Notes under the pieces: generated by a model
Told to the model about the DNA's origin: nothing
Database searches by the model: none
What the model saw: the letters and a program-made list of their open reading frames with translations, nothing else
Position numbers and translations under genes: made by a program
Part shown: piece by piece, positions 18,398 through 28,840 of the stretch
Numbering within the stretch: the first letter of the stretch is position 1
Layout: every line of letters starts with the position of its first letter
Source of the DNA: Candidatus Saccharimonadales bacterium
Lineage (GTDB): Bacteria > Patescibacteriota > Saccharimonadia > Saccharimonadales > Saccharimonadaceae
Direction of reading: 5' to 3'
DNA: 49,703 bases
Assembly (NCBI GenBank): GCA_049291395.1
Contig: JBATPJ010000050.1
Coordinates: 1-49,703 of the forward strand

Positions 18398-18539
18398 TGA
18401 GTGAGCGAGTAGGCACTATTGTTCTTATCTCACTACCGTCAGGGGTCTTAACCATGACCACCGCGCCACCGCCAATTTTTCTGCGCCTCCTGCGCAGGAC
18501 CTTACTGTATTCTTCCGACTCGGAAATTTCAGGTGACAT
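18345..18539 (-). CDS. small Arg-rich hypothetical protein between recA and recX
   Basis: 64-aa ORF starting 4 nt after the recA stop. Contains RRRRRKIGGG. It overlaps the recX 5' end by 14-53 nt, so coding status is uncertain. Confidence 0.3.
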   Translation of the reverse strand: MSPEISESEEYSKVLRRRRRKIGGGAVVMVKTPDGSEIRTIVPTRSLNAAVLAEEAAANQGENH

Positions 18540-18542
18540 ACC

Positions 18543-19583
<1,041 letters not shown>

Positions 19584-19625
19584 AGGTTCCTCCGTGTGTT
19601 TATCTCTCTATTATACCTCTTGCAG

Positions 19626-19634
19626 TGGTATAAT
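19626..19634 (+). promoter_or_regulatory. extended -10 promoter element (TGgTATAAT) for the orphan pilin gene
   Basis: The sequence tggtataat ends 9 nt before the ATG at 19644 and there is no SD, which implies a leaderless or near-leaderless mRNA. A minus-strand TATAAT (19610-19615) serves recA back-to-back. Confidence 0.45.
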
Positions 19635-19643
19635 TGTACCTAT

Positions 19644-20033
19644 ATGAAGAAACAATCTGGCTTTACTGTTGTCGAAATCCTCGTTGCTATCGTACTCATA
19701 ATCGCCGCGGGAGTACTCTTCTTGCAGCAAAAAAGTCAAATCGAACGCGTCGACCGTGATCGAGAACGCAAGATTGCCATAAATGCCATGTATTACAGCC
19801 TGGAAGAAGTCTACTACACGGCAAACAAATCCTACCCGAGCAAACTGACCGCGGACAATCTTAAAAGCATGGATCCAGCCCTCCTCAAAGACCCAGACGG
19901 CATCAAGATCGGTGATCAAGGGTCTAACTATCGTTACGACCCGACGGGTTGCGATGGCAATGCCTGCAAGAACTTCACACTTCGAGCAACACTCGAAGCT
20001 GAAGCTGACTTCGTCAAAAAATCAAACCGCTAG
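19644..20033 (+). CDS. prepilin-type protein (orphan pilin, divergent from recA)
   Basis: Start set at ATG 19644. Class III signal MKKQSG|FTVVEILVAIVLIIAAGVLF. 129 aa. Confidence 0.8.
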   Translation: MKKQSGFTVVEILVAIVLIIAAGVLFLQQKSQIERVDRDRERKIAINAMYYSLEEVYYTANKSYPSKLTADNLKSMDPALLKDPDGIKIGDQGSNYRYDPTGCDGNACKNFTLRATLEAEADFVKKSNR

Positions 20034-20034
20034 T

Positions 20035-20811
20035 CTAATTATTATCACCGATCGGGCGACCGTTTTTGAACGATTCAACGGCATCGTTTAGTACTGCGAC
20101 CTGATGCCCGGGATCGCTGACGAAGCTAAAACGGTACGTCGTCTCATCACCCTGCGTCGATAGCCGAAGCGTGCCGTAGTTGAGTAGCGTCTGTATGATA
20201 CCACTCTGTCGGAAGCTTGCGTCTTCGATGTTGATGAGACTAATTGTCTGTTCCTTCCGAGAAAATGGGCTTATCTGGATGTGCTGCGTCACGCTTTCGT
20301 TCGTCAAGAAAAATCGATTACTCTCATATACCATCGTCGCGATGACGCCACCGAGAAACACGAGTACGATCAGGCCCAAAAATATCATTGTAAGCCACGG
20401 TGAACTCTCAATCGGCATCAAACTCGACCTCGCCGTATTGTCACCCACCGCAAGAAAGACACCTACAGCAAGCAGCGACATCGCAACCAACACCACTACC
20501 CATATCTGGAGAATACCGATGGGATGCCGTCGAACTGCACTTATCACATACTCGCCTTCGCTAAGGTTGAGAGATGGGTACTGCCTCTTCGACTGCTCAT
20601 GTTTTTTCATGACATCGTCGGAGATCGGCTGCTTCATCGGCTCGTGCGGCCTTGTCATGTAGACAACCTGTGACGCATTGGCCGTCTGATCGACAACCGG
20701 TTGCGTCGACCTCACCGATGCAGCAAACTGCTTAGCATCAACCGAGATCGGATTGCCATGTGCATCATAGACAGTACTAGTATCGCTTGCTTGCTGTTTC
20801 ATAGGATTCAT
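20035..20811 (-). CDS. membrane protein with bacterial PH (bPH_2, YdbS/YdbT-like) domain
   Basis: 258 aa. Two TM helices are followed by NRFFLTNESVTQHIQISPFSRKEQTISLINIEDASFRQSGIIQTLLNYGTLRLSTQG, the bPH_2-type pattern. The start overlaps the ruvB stop (TAATG). Confidence 0.55.
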   Translation of the reverse strand: MNPMKQQASDTSTVYDAHGNPISVDAKQFAASVRSTQPVVDQTANASQVVYMTRPHEPMKQPISDDVMKKHEQSKRQYPSLNLSEGEYVISAVRRHPIGILQIWVVVLVAMSLLAVGVFLAVGDNTARSSLMPIESSPWLTMIFLGLIVLVFLGGVIATMVYESNRFFLTNESVTQHIQISPFSRKEQTISLINIEDASFRQSGIIQTLLNYGTLRLSTQGDETTYRFSFVSDPGHQVAVLNDAVESFKNGRPIGDNN

Positions 20812-21824
20812 TATACTCCCTTAGACTTCTTTTCTAGATGCCTTACGGCACGCTCTGTGACGCGGCGACCACGAGGCGTTCTCTCGATAAACCCTATCTG
20901 CAAGAGATACGGCTCGTAGAAATCTTCGATAGTACTCATCTCGTCACCGGTTAGTGCAGCGATAGTGTTGAGCCCGACAGCGCGATCACCATATTTGTCG
21001 ATGATGCTACTGAGCAGCGATCGATCTGCCGGATCAAGTCCGAGCTCATCAATCTCCATCATACTGAGCGCTTTGGATGTGATGACGGTATCGATGATCC
21101 CGTCGCCATTGACGTCGGCATAGTCCCGAACCCGCTTCAGTAAACGGTTTGCAATACGCGGCGTGAGACGAGCCCGAGTCGAGATAGTCTCAGCGGATTG
21201 ATCCCGCAAAGCCGTCCCAAGTATCCCCGCAGAACGCGTGATAATCTGAGCAATTTCTTCAGGTGTATAAAACTCCAGGCGGTAGATGTGACCAAACCGA
21301 TCACGCAGCGGCGCCGCAAGGCTGCCCGTCCGTGTCGTCGCACCGATGACCGTAAATTTCGGCAGATCGAGTCGGATACTCCGCGCCGCCGGACCTTTGC
21401 CGATCACGATATCGAGCTTGAAATCTTCCATCGCACTATAGAGTACCTCCTCGACAGTACGACTAAGACGGTGGATCTCATCGATGAAGAGAATGTCGCC
21501 ATCAGCAAGATTAGTCAGGATGCTCGCGAGGTCGCCAGCTCGTTCGATCGCCGGACCAGCCGTTACCCTGAGGCCCACACCCATCTCATTCGCGATCACC
21601 GTCGCCATAGTTGTCTTGCCGAGTCCCGGTGGGCCATAGAGCAGTACATGATCGATCGGTTCACTTCGTTTTTTGGCTGCGGCGATGGCTAGCTTGAGAT
21701 TTTTCTTCAGACGCTCCTGGCCGATATATTCATCAAACCGCTGTGGACGCAGCGTCACCTCGATGATCTGCTCATCGGTATCATTATCATGCACACCAGT
21801 ATCTATGATCCGTTCAATCGCCAT
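20811..21824 (-). CDS. ruvB: Holliday junction branch migration helicase RuvB
   Basis: Motifs: Walker [10 protein letters not shown], Walker [10 protein letters not shown], sensor residues TTRTG. Start set at ATG 21824 (MAIERII...) rather than the upstream TTG at 21851. Confidence 0.95.
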   Translation of the reverse strand: MAIERIIDTGVHDNDTDEQIIEVTLRPQRFDEYIGQERLKKNLKLAIAAAKKRSEPIDHVLLYGPPGLGKTTMATVIANEMGVGLRVTAGPAIERAGDLASILTNLADGDILFIDEIHRLSRTVEEVLYSAMEDFKLDIVIGKGPAARSIRLDLPKFTVIGATTRTGSLAAPLRDRFGHIYRLEFYTPEEIAQIITRSAGILGTALRDQSAETISTRARLTPRIANRLLKRVRDYADVNGDGIIDTVITSKALSMMEIDELGLDPADRSLLSSIIDKYGDRAVGLNTIAALTGDEMSTIEDFYEPYLLQIGFIERTPRGRRVTERAVRHLEKKSKGV

Positions 21825-21878
21825 ATCTATAGTGTATCGCAATCGACCCAAGTATGCATGATAAAGATCGTAGCAGTT

Positions 21879-22772
21879 CTAGTATCCACTACCAAATCGA
21901 CTAAACGCCATAACCATGCTTATCAGCGGCCATACAAAAAAGACGAAGAGTAGTAACGCAACAACAATCTTCCCCGTCGGACTACTATGATGAGCCTGCT
22001 CTTGCTGTTTGAGCTCTGGGTGCTTCTGTGTATACAGTCGATGCATAACTGCGATTACCATACTGAGTGTGACATCAACGATAGCGCTTGCCCCAAGCAG
22101 ACGGCCATAAAAGCCGTCCAGCATACCCCAGCTGTTATCAACATACACAAGACCAAGGATTAATATCGCAACAAGAACCATAAATGCATAATTTGCATAG
22201 ACATACGGCTTCACTTTGTTATACACGACCTCGACGTCTATCAATGTCTTAGCGTGGAGTACCATGAAAAGTACTAGGGCATAGGTCGCGTATAGTCTGA
22301 AAGGAAGCGCACCGGTCATGATATCCCACATAGCAAAGATCGATGTGAAGAAACTAAGTATCGTGATAACGATCGATGTGTTGACGACGAAATCATTTGA
22401 TTTTTGGAGTAACGGGTTCCGATCAGACGTCATCGACAAGACAGCAAACAGGATGCCGATATGTATGATTGCGGAGATGATCGTATTGATCGCCTTCCAG
22501 GCAACATCACCCATCGAGCCCGCCAGGATAGCAAGTACGGCGACAGATGCCGCCGCGATGAGGCAGGCGAGCATTATCTTGATCAACAAACTTTTGAGCT
22601 GTGCACTCCGCGAATTGTCCACGGCCTTATCTTGACTACCAAAATCCTGAGAGACCGAGGCAACGGCGGGGATTACTGGCTCGGTGATTGCTGACGGAGG
22701 AGTTTGATTACTATCACTGCTTGGTACATTTATCGGATCGGGTGGAGTACTGGATTGTTCTTCATTATTCAT
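21879..22772 (-). CDS. hypothetical polytopic membrane protein
   Basis: 297 aa. Pro/Ser-rich N-terminus followed by about 7 hydrophobic helices. Sits between ruvA and ruvB. Confidence 0.5.
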   Translation of the reverse strand: MNNEEQSSTPPDPINVPSSDSNQTPPSAITEPVIPAVASVSQDFGSQDKAVDNSRSAQLKSLLIKIMLACLIAAASVAVLAILAGSMGDVAWKAINTIISAIIHIGILFAVLSMTSDRNPLLQKSNDFVVNTSIVITILSFFTSIFAMWDIMTGALPFRLYATYALVLFMVLHAKTLIDVEVVYNKVKPYVYANYAFMVLVAILILGLVYVDNSWGMLDGFYGRLLGASAIVDVTLSMVIAVMHRLYTQKHPELKQQEQAHHSSPTGKIVVALLLFVFFVWPLISMVMAFSRFGSGY

Positions 22773-22806
22773 GGCTAAAGTATACCATAAGCACGAGCGC
22801 GATTCT

Positions 22807-23382
22807 CTAGGATCGTTTCAGCGCATCACGGACACGTATCGACGTCGACAGTTTCGTGTCGATTCCCTCAAGTGCCTTACTCGCGTCGGCCAGCGTATAG
22901 CCAAGCGCGATCAGTGCTTCGAGTGCTTCATCTGTCATATCGATCTCCGTCTGCACTGGCGTCGCATGACCATAGGCTGTCGCGAGGCCGACCTTGTCGT
23001 GGAGATCGACCACGACACGTTCAGCAGTCTTTTTGCCGACGCCACTCGCGCCAGTGATATAGGCTGAGTCAGAGTTAGCGATCGCATTGCGCACCTGTTC
23101 GGCCGAACCCAGACTCAGGATTGCGAGAGCCGCCTTTGGACCGACGCCCTGCACTGTGATAAGCATCTCAAATAATTTCTTTGCGGCCAGTGTCGAAAAT
23201 CCATAGAGTTCTTCAGCTTGTTCGCGAACGTGATGGTAGGTGTAAAATTTTGCCTGTGAGTTGAGCGATGCATTGTCAAAATCAGTGAGCGCCGTCAGGA
23301 CTTCATAGCCAACACCAGCCACGTCGACGATGACCGCTCCGTTGAATTTTTCGGCAACCGTGCCGATGACATGCGCTATCAT
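22807..23382 (-). CDS. ruvA: Holliday junction DNA-binding protein RuvA
   Basis: 191 aa. N-terminal OB-type MIAHVIGTV...GVGYEV and two HhH motifs (VQGVGPKAALAIL, ASGVGKKTAERVV). Confidence 0.92.
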   Translation of the reverse strand: MIAHVIGTVAEKFNGAVIVDVAGVGYEVLTALTDFDNASLNSQAKFYTYHHVREQAEELYGFSTLAAKKLFEMLITVQGVGPKAALAILSLGSAEQVRNAIANSDSAYITGASGVGKKTAERVVVDLHDKVGLATAYGHATPVQTEIDMTDEALEALIALGYTLADASKALEGIDTKLSTSIRVRDALKRS

Positions 23383-23389
23383 ACAGCTA

Positions 23390-23863
23390 TTATACCCTGC
23401 TCATCATACTATCGGTAATTGCGGCGGCGAGAGCATCGGCGGCATCATCCGGCTTCGGGATCGATTGCAAGCCGAGTTGCAGCCGCACCATCTCCTGTAT
23501 TTGTTTTTTATCAGCTTTGCCGTAGCCGGTCAGAGTCTGTTTGATTTGGAGTGGCGTATATTCACGGATCGTCAGTCCGGCTTTTTTGCCAGCCAGCATC
23601 GCCACGCCCCGTGCATGCGAGACACTCATCGCCGTCGTCACATTGCGCGCAAAGAATAATTTTTCGATCGACATGATCGTCGGCTGCGTCTCGGCAATAA
23701 TCTCCACTAGGCCATCATAAATCTCAACTAGTCGCTCATCGAGCGGCGTGTGTGCGGGCGTACGGATCACCCCCGCGGTCACGAGCGTCATCTTGCCACT
23801 GACGATATCGACAACGCCAAATCCCAATATGCCCGTGCCAGGATCAATCCCAATAATTCTCAT
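23390..23863 (-). CDS. ruvC: crossover junction endodeoxyribonuclease RuvC
   Basis: 157 aa. Motifs MRIIGIDPGT, MSIEKLFF, YTPLQIKQTLTGYGKADKKQ and DAADALAAAI. Confidence 0.93.
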   Translation of the reverse strand: MRIIGIDPGTGILGFGVVDIVSGKMTLVTAGVIRTPAHTPLDERLVEIYDGLVEIIAETQPTIMSIEKLFFARNVTTAMSVSHARGVAMLAGKKAGLTIREYTPLQIKQTLTGYGKADKKQIQEMVRLQLGLQSIPKPDDAADALAAAITDSMMSRV

Positions 23864-23879
23864 ATAGTTATAGTATACG

Positions 23880-25412
23880 TCACTTTTTGCCGAGCTTCGT
23901 AGCTAGTCGCTTGTACCCGTCTCTCACTTCGCTGCGCCATTCATAGAGTGCGTATCCTACACCGCCCGCCACCACGACAGCGACGATAGCATACGGATTT
24001 GTCAGCCATGATGCTGTCGACGTATCAGCTTCTGCCGGCTGAGCAAGACTCGATGTGACAGTGGAGGCGCCAACAACTTTTTTGCATCGGTTAGTTGCAG
24101 GATTTCGTTCATAACCCTCATCACATGGCAGCAATTCTGCGACGGCGCTGGCAATACTACGACAGCGATTAGTCGTTGGATTACGCTCCTGACCTTCACC
24201 GCATGGCACGAGCGTTGTCGAAGCGCCAAGTACCGATGATCGACAGCGATTAGTCGCCGGGTTACGTTCTTGACCTTCAGGACAACTCGTCAGCGCATTG
24301 ACTACTTCTTCGATCGCCCGACAACGATTTGTCTCAGGGTTACGATACTGACCAGCGGGACACGACTTCGGTGCTTCGATGACGATTTCTGGTAGCGTTA
24401 TTTTGTTCACCATATCTGGTTGCGGCGTCATGGTCCATTGCCATGTGCCTTCACTATCGCTGACCCACGACCAGCCTTGATGGTCGCTCGATGCACTGTC
24501 GTATTTCGTCATCGAGGCTTCATATATTGTGTTGTATTTATCTGCCAGCCAGACGTAGCCACCCGAATTTGTCAGGCTTATCCGCGCCCCATCGTCAGTT
24601 AGAAAAATCGTCCGGTAGGCTCCTGGCATGATCCCACCGCTAAGACTAAATGTATTTGAACTTGTCGAACTTGTCGAGCTACTATCGCTCCGCAGCACGA
24701 GGTCGTCGAGAAATTGCACAGTATTAGTTGGGTTGTATAGCTTCACATAGTCGCCGCACAGCACACTCGTATCGATCGGCGAACAATCACTGGCGTATGG
24801 ATAAATCTCATCGATGATGATGGCTGGAGTTGGCGGTGCTGTATATAGCCAATCATTCATGAGCGTCAACTGCGCCAGCGACGTCGAGCCGATTTCATCA
24901 AACGCAGCGGCGGCCGTACTATAGCCAGTCGTCGTCATGCGTCGCAGCCACGTATCATTTGGATTTGTCGATTTCGTAGCCTGGATGACCTCGCTCGTTT
25001 TGTACGAGCTACCCACAGGCGGGATTATCTTGATGCTATCGGTGCTCACGATCACACGGTTGAGAGCAATGACGGGCGGCATGTCGTCACCGGACATGAC
25101 CGCATCGTTATAGCTCGCGATGACATGATGTTTTGCTTCGAGCAGCCCATCGAGATGCGGCAGTAATCCAGTGCTATCCGAAGACGTGGCGATCGTCCAA
25201 TCGTTTAGATCAATTGGACTCGAACTCGTATTGTACAGTTGTAAAAATGAGCGGGTATTGACGCCTGTCGTACGCTGAAAAGCCGATACAATGATCGGCG
25301 AATCATACAAAAATTGTGTTTCGACAGTCGTGATCGCAGAGGCTTGAGATGTAGCCATGGCCGAACCAATGGCTAACCCCACCCACAGTATTACCCTCAC
25401 TGTGGCTTTCAT
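23880..25412 (-). CDS. secreted, C-terminally membrane-anchored protein with two lamin-tail-like domains and four Cys-bracketed repeats
   Basis: Signal peptide MKATVRVILWVGLAIGSAMATSQASA. LTD-type strands (LQLYNTSSSPIDLNDWTI; YVKLYNPTNTVQFLDDLVLRSD). Four copies of C-x-x-G-x-x-RNP-x-TNRC (aa 351-443, nt 24084-24362). C-terminal TM AIVAVVVAGGVGYALY plus a basic tail. Confidence 0.6.
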   Translation of the reverse strand: MKATVRVILWVGLAIGSAMATSQASAITTVETQFLYDSPIIVSAFQRTTGVNTRSFLQLYNTSSSPIDLNDWTIATSSDSTGLLPHLDGLLEAKHHVIASYNDAVMSGDDMPPVIALNRVIVSTDSIKIIPPVGSSYKTSEVIQATKSTNPNDTWLRRMTTTGYSTAAAAFDEIGSTSLAQLTLMNDWLYTAPPTPAIIIDEIYPYASDCSPIDTSVLCGDYVKLYNPTNTVQFLDDLVLRSDSSSTSSTSSNTFSLSGGIMPGAYRTIFLTDDGARISLTNSGGYVWLADKYNTIYEASMTKYDSASSDHQGWSWVSDSEGTWQWTMTPQPDMVNKITLPEIVIEAPKSCPAGQYRNPETNRCRAIEEVVNALTSCPEGQERNPATNRCRSSVLGASTTLVPCGEGQERNPTTNRCRSIASAVAELLPCDEGYERNPATNRCKKVVGASTVTSSLAQPAEADTSTASWLTNPYAIVAVVVAGGVGYALYEWRSEVRDGYKRLATKLGKK

Positions 25413-25456
25413 TCTTCACTGAGAATAGACCGAAACACATGCAGCGTCAATGAATA

Positions 25457-26176
25457 TTAGTCAGAAAATGTTGCGTTATTGTAAACGTTTGTCACATCAT
25501 CGAGGTCATCAAGCGTTTCGAGCAATCGGAATAATTTGTCTTCAGTTTCTTTGTCGTCGACTGGTACCGTCGAACTCGCAACGTACTGCAATTCTGCATC
25601 ATTGACCGTCATGCCTGCATCCACGAGCGCCTTACGGACAGTATGCATATCTTTCATGTCAGTATAGACAAGCATCTCATCGCCATCGACGAGAGCATCC
25701 TCGGCACCGGCATCGAGTACTTCGAGAAGTAACTCGTCGCTATCGCCCTTCACGGCGAGAGTGATGACCCCGCGGTGCGCAAACTGGAACATCACGCTGC
25801 CTGGCTCGGCCACCGCACCACCGCCTTTGCTGAAGGCGTGTTTGACTTCAGGATAAGTACGGTTTTTGTTGTCAGTAGCCGCTTCGACGATGATTGCGAT
25901 ACCGCCAGGACCATAGCCCTCATAAATAATCTCTTCGAGTTGGGCGGCTGATTTGTCGGACACGCGGTCGATAGCCCGCTGGATGTTGTTCATCGGCATG
26001 TTTGCGCTCTTGGCCTTTTCGATCGCGAGAGCTAGCGAAGAATTCAATGTCGGATCAGCCCCGCCGCGCGCCGCGATAGCGATCTGATTGCCGAGCTTGG
26101 TGAAGACGGCGCCGCGTTTGGCGTCTTTGGCGCCTTTTTCGCGCTTGATGGTTGACCATTTACTGTGACCTGACAT
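25457..26176 (-). CDS. yebC: YebC/PmpR-family DNA-binding regulator
   Basis: 239 aa with the canonical N-terminus MSGHSKWSTIKREKGAKDAKRGAVFTKL. Confidence 0.93.
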   Translation of the reverse strand: MSGHSKWSTIKREKGAKDAKRGAVFTKLGNQIAIAARGGADPTLNSSLALAIEKAKSANMPMNNIQRAIDRVSDKSAAQLEEIIYEGYGPGGIAIIVEAATDNKNRTYPEVKHAFSKGGGAVAEPGSVMFQFAHRGVITLAVKGDSDELLLEVLDAGAEDALVDGDEMLVYTDMKDMHTVRKALVDAGMTVNDAELQYVASSTVPVDDKETEDKLFRLLETLDDLDDVTNVYNNATFSD

Positions 26177-26191
26177 ATTGCTCCATTATAC

Positions 26192-27643
26192 CTATTCGAT
26201 GATATTTTGTGAACGAAAGTTAAACTTTGTGTGTCGCCATATGACAAGAAATGCTGCGATCAACATGAGATACACCGCCACCATCACATCTGCCGATATC
26301 GTCAGTAACTGCTGCGCCCATGACGGCGAAGCAAGCCATCGGACGATCGCAACGAAGTAGCTCAGTAGTATCTCCGCCGGTAGTCCAACGATTGTTGCCA
26401 GCGCCGGTACAATCATCGCGCCAATCCCTGCGATAAATGTTAGTAACATTACAAATGGGATAAGCGGCGCCGTCAGTACATTTGCGACGATCGCAAGGAC
26501 GGGTAGATTTCCAAATACCATCAGGATGATAGGCAGCGTCATTATTTGCGCCGCAATTGTCTCGACCACAATCTGCACGATACCGGATAGTTTGCGCTCA
26601 CGCATGATCAGCCGCGTCATGAGTGGTGCGATGATCAAGATACCTGCAAACGCAAGAAACGACAACCACCAGCCGACGTCCGCCCATAGATACATCGGGT
26701 TGATCATGGCCGTCGCAGCGGCGACATACACCAGCAGCAAGAATGGATGAAAGGCCCTCCCGAAATACCACGCCAGCAAGCTCAGTCCGGCGACAATACC
26801 CGCACGATTCATCGATGGGCTAGCACCAGAAATCGCGATAAACCCGACGATCAATATCGACGAGCTAAACGCCACCAAATATTTCGATCGTTTTTCGAAC
26901 AAGCGTTTGGCGGCACGTACCAAGATCGTGAGATTGTACCCACTAGCCACGATAAGATGTGTCAGGCCGACGATACGTAGCTGCTCTTCGAGCGTCGGCG
27001 GTAGTGCCGTCTTCTGCCCGACAACGAATCCTACGCCGAGACTCGCAGCTGGTTCGACGACGGCCGTTCGTACCGCTCTCACGAACTGATCACGAAACGC
27101 AACCATCGGATCACCTGATGCGACGTGGGATACGAGTGTCGGATACAACATGGTCAGTTGATATGACCCGAAGCCCGGCTTGGTCGTGCCGTTAAGAGTG
27201 ATACTATCGCCTCGCGATATGTCAGTATGCTCACCGCGAAGTGTCAGCCAGATATCGCCATCCATCGCCTCATCATTGATCGCAATATGCGTCAGGCTAA
27301 TCCGTGTATCACCACGCGGAGAGATCTCCGGATCTTCGGATAGCACGCCCCGCACCAGCACTTGCTTATCCTGCATGGACTGGATAGTCGATAGATCGTG
27401 CTGCGTAGCCGTTCCCCTCATCATGCCGATCACAACCGCTATGCACGTAATACCAAGCAGCGCATACCATCGCCGACTTGCAAATGGCGCCGCCATGACG
27501 ATACACATGACACCCATGATCCAAGCATCCACCGGCATATATATCAGCCTTGATAGGCCAAGTCCGACGAGCAGCCCAGTACACATCCACCCAATCGCAT
27601 ATGACGAATGGAACTGTTTATAGAGCCAGCTATGGTGGTTCAT
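26192..27643 (-). CDS. comEC: DNA internalisation channel ComEC/Rec2 (no C-terminal metallo-beta-lactamase domain)
   Basis: 483 aa. N-terminal TM helices and an OB-like insert (DUF4131-type region VLVRGVLSEDPEI...ITLNG). This is followed by the polytopic competence domain (GLTHLIVASGYNLTIL). The protein ends shortly after the last TM. Confidence 0.75.
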   Translation of the reverse strand: MNHHSWLYKQFHSSYAIGWMCTGLLVGLGLSRLIYMPVDAWIMGVMCIVMAAPFASRRWYALLGITCIAVVIGMMRGTATQHDLSTIQSMQDKQVLVRGVLSEDPEISPRGDTRISLTHIAINDEAMDGDIWLTLRGEHTDISRGDSITLNGTTKPGFGSYQLTMLYPTLVSHVASGDPMVAFRDQFVRAVRTAVVEPAASLGVGFVVGQKTALPPTLEEQLRIVGLTHLIVASGYNLTILVRAAKRLFEKRSKYLVAFSSSILIVGFIAISGASPSMNRAGIVAGLSLLAWYFGRAFHPFLLLVYVAAATAMINPMYLWADVGWWLSFLAFAGILIIAPLMTRLIMRERKLSGIVQIVVETIAAQIMTLPIILMVFGNLPVLAIVANVLTAPLIPFVMLLTFIAGIGAMIVPALATIVGLPAEILLSYFVAIVRWLASPSWAQQLLTISADVMVAVYLMLIAAFLVIWRHTKFNFRSQNIIE

Positions 27644-27735
27644 TGTCCTTTACTATAGCATCACTTTTTCGCACTTGTCGCCTCTATAAAACTGTTGTGC
27701 TTTTTATTACATGGTAAATATTGTATGATAGCAGT

Positions 27736-28617
27736 ATGAAATCAGTGCGTGCGTTGATTGCACTCCCGTTTCTCAACAGACACATGGACAAGATGCTAAC
27801 GATGAGCCTCCGCGAGGCTCGTCAGTATTTTGAAAAAATATCAAAGCCACGAATCACGACGAAGATACGTCATGTGGTCGATGATGCGGTCGGAGAGATC
27901 CCTATCCGCGTCTACCAGCACCGTGCTCCCGCCGATCGGGGCGTGATGATTTTCTTTCACGGTGGCGGCTTTTCACTTGGTAGTATCAACACGCACGATA
28001 GCCTGGCTCGCCTCCTCAGCAAGCGCGCACAAGTCACCGTCATCTCAGTCGGATACAGCCTCGCCCCTGAGCACACTCATCCGACACCTATTCTCGAGGC
28101 ACTGCACATCATCGAAATGCTGCCAGAACTCGCCAAGAAATACAACTTTGATGCGAAAAATATCATCCTCGCTGGCGACAGCGCCGGTGGTTTCATCGCA
28201 CTGCATACCGCCCTGCGCTCCAACGACACGATTAGCTCGCTGATCCTACTCTATCCATCGATCGAGCCCGGTGCCGAGACCAAATCAATGCAGCAGTTTG
28301 CGACGCGGCATTTCCTGACCGCATCAAACATCCGAGCATTTTGGAAGCAATATCTAAAAGGTGAAAGCATCACCCCACTAACTCCTCACACTGTCGATAC
28401 ACTACCCCCGACACTCATCATTACCGCCGAATACGACGTGCTTCGTGATGAAGCTAAAGATTTCTACGCCCAGATGCGCAACCTCGGCAAAGCGTGCCAA
28501 TACGAAGAGATCAAAGGCACCTGGCACGGCTTCATGCATAGCCCTAGCATGATAAGTGGACGGTCAAAAATCTTCCCGATCATCGCAAAATTCATCACCA
28601 TGCATCAAATCCGGTAA
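27736..28617 (+). CDS. alpha/beta hydrolase, hormone-sensitive-lipase-type esterase
   Basis: Oxyanion HGGGF, nucleophile elbow GDSAGG, and a later Asp/His region (EYDVLRDE ... WHGF). Start set at the first in-frame ATG (27736). Confidence 0.85.
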   Translation: MKSVRALIALPFLNRHMDKMLTMSLREARQYFEKISKPRITTKIRHVVDDAVGEIPIRVYQHRAPADRGVMIFFHGGGFSLGSINTHDSLARLLSKRAQVTVISVGYSLAPEHTHPTPILEALHIIEMLPELAKKYNFDAKNIILAGDSAGGFIALHTALRSNDTISSLILLYPSIEPGAETKSMQQFATRHFLTASNIRAFWKQYLKGESITPLTPHTVDTLPPTLIITAEYDVLRDEAKDFYAQMRNLGKACQYEEIKGTWHGFMHSPSMISGRSKIFPIIAKFITMHQIR

Positions 28618-28635
28618 TGTCCCGGTGCGATAACA

Positions 28636-28665
28636 TTGACAATAACAGATACAAAGTGCTATATT
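28636..28665 (+). promoter_or_regulatory. sigma70-like promoter upstream of the tRNA-Lys leader
   Basis: TTGACA (28636-28641), an 18-nt spacer, then TATATT (28660-28665). This implies a leader of about 170 nt ahead of the tRNA. Confidence 0.5.
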
Positions 28666-28703
28666 ATTGCGGTTAGTCTTGTACTCACGGTCGAATATGA
28701 CGT

Positions 28704-28720
28704 GGGTCCGTAGCTCAGCT
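28704..28720 (+). repeat. 17-nt direct copy of tRNA-Lys positions 1-17
   Basis: The sequence gggtccgtagctcagct is identical to 28841-28857. Confidence 0.95.
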
Positions 28721-28769
28721 CGCACCAGGCGGCGATAACCCCTTGTGCAGATGAATTATCGAGCACCTC

Positions 28770-28786
28770 GGTGCTCTAACCAGCTG
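28770..28786 (+). repeat. 17-nt perfect inverted copy of the tRNA-Lys D-arm region
   Basis: The sequence ggtgctctaaccagctg is the exact reverse complement of 28853-28869 (cagctggttagagcacc). Confidence 0.95.
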
Positions 28787-28840
28787 GATCATAGTTACGA
28801 TGACCGCATGTACCTTCCACTCCACATTTTACCCAATTAC

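Noticed and set aside
21825-21851. TTG-initiated 9-codon extension of ruvB
   Set aside because: The ATG at 21824 aligns with normal RuvB N-termini. The extension adds nothing recognisable.
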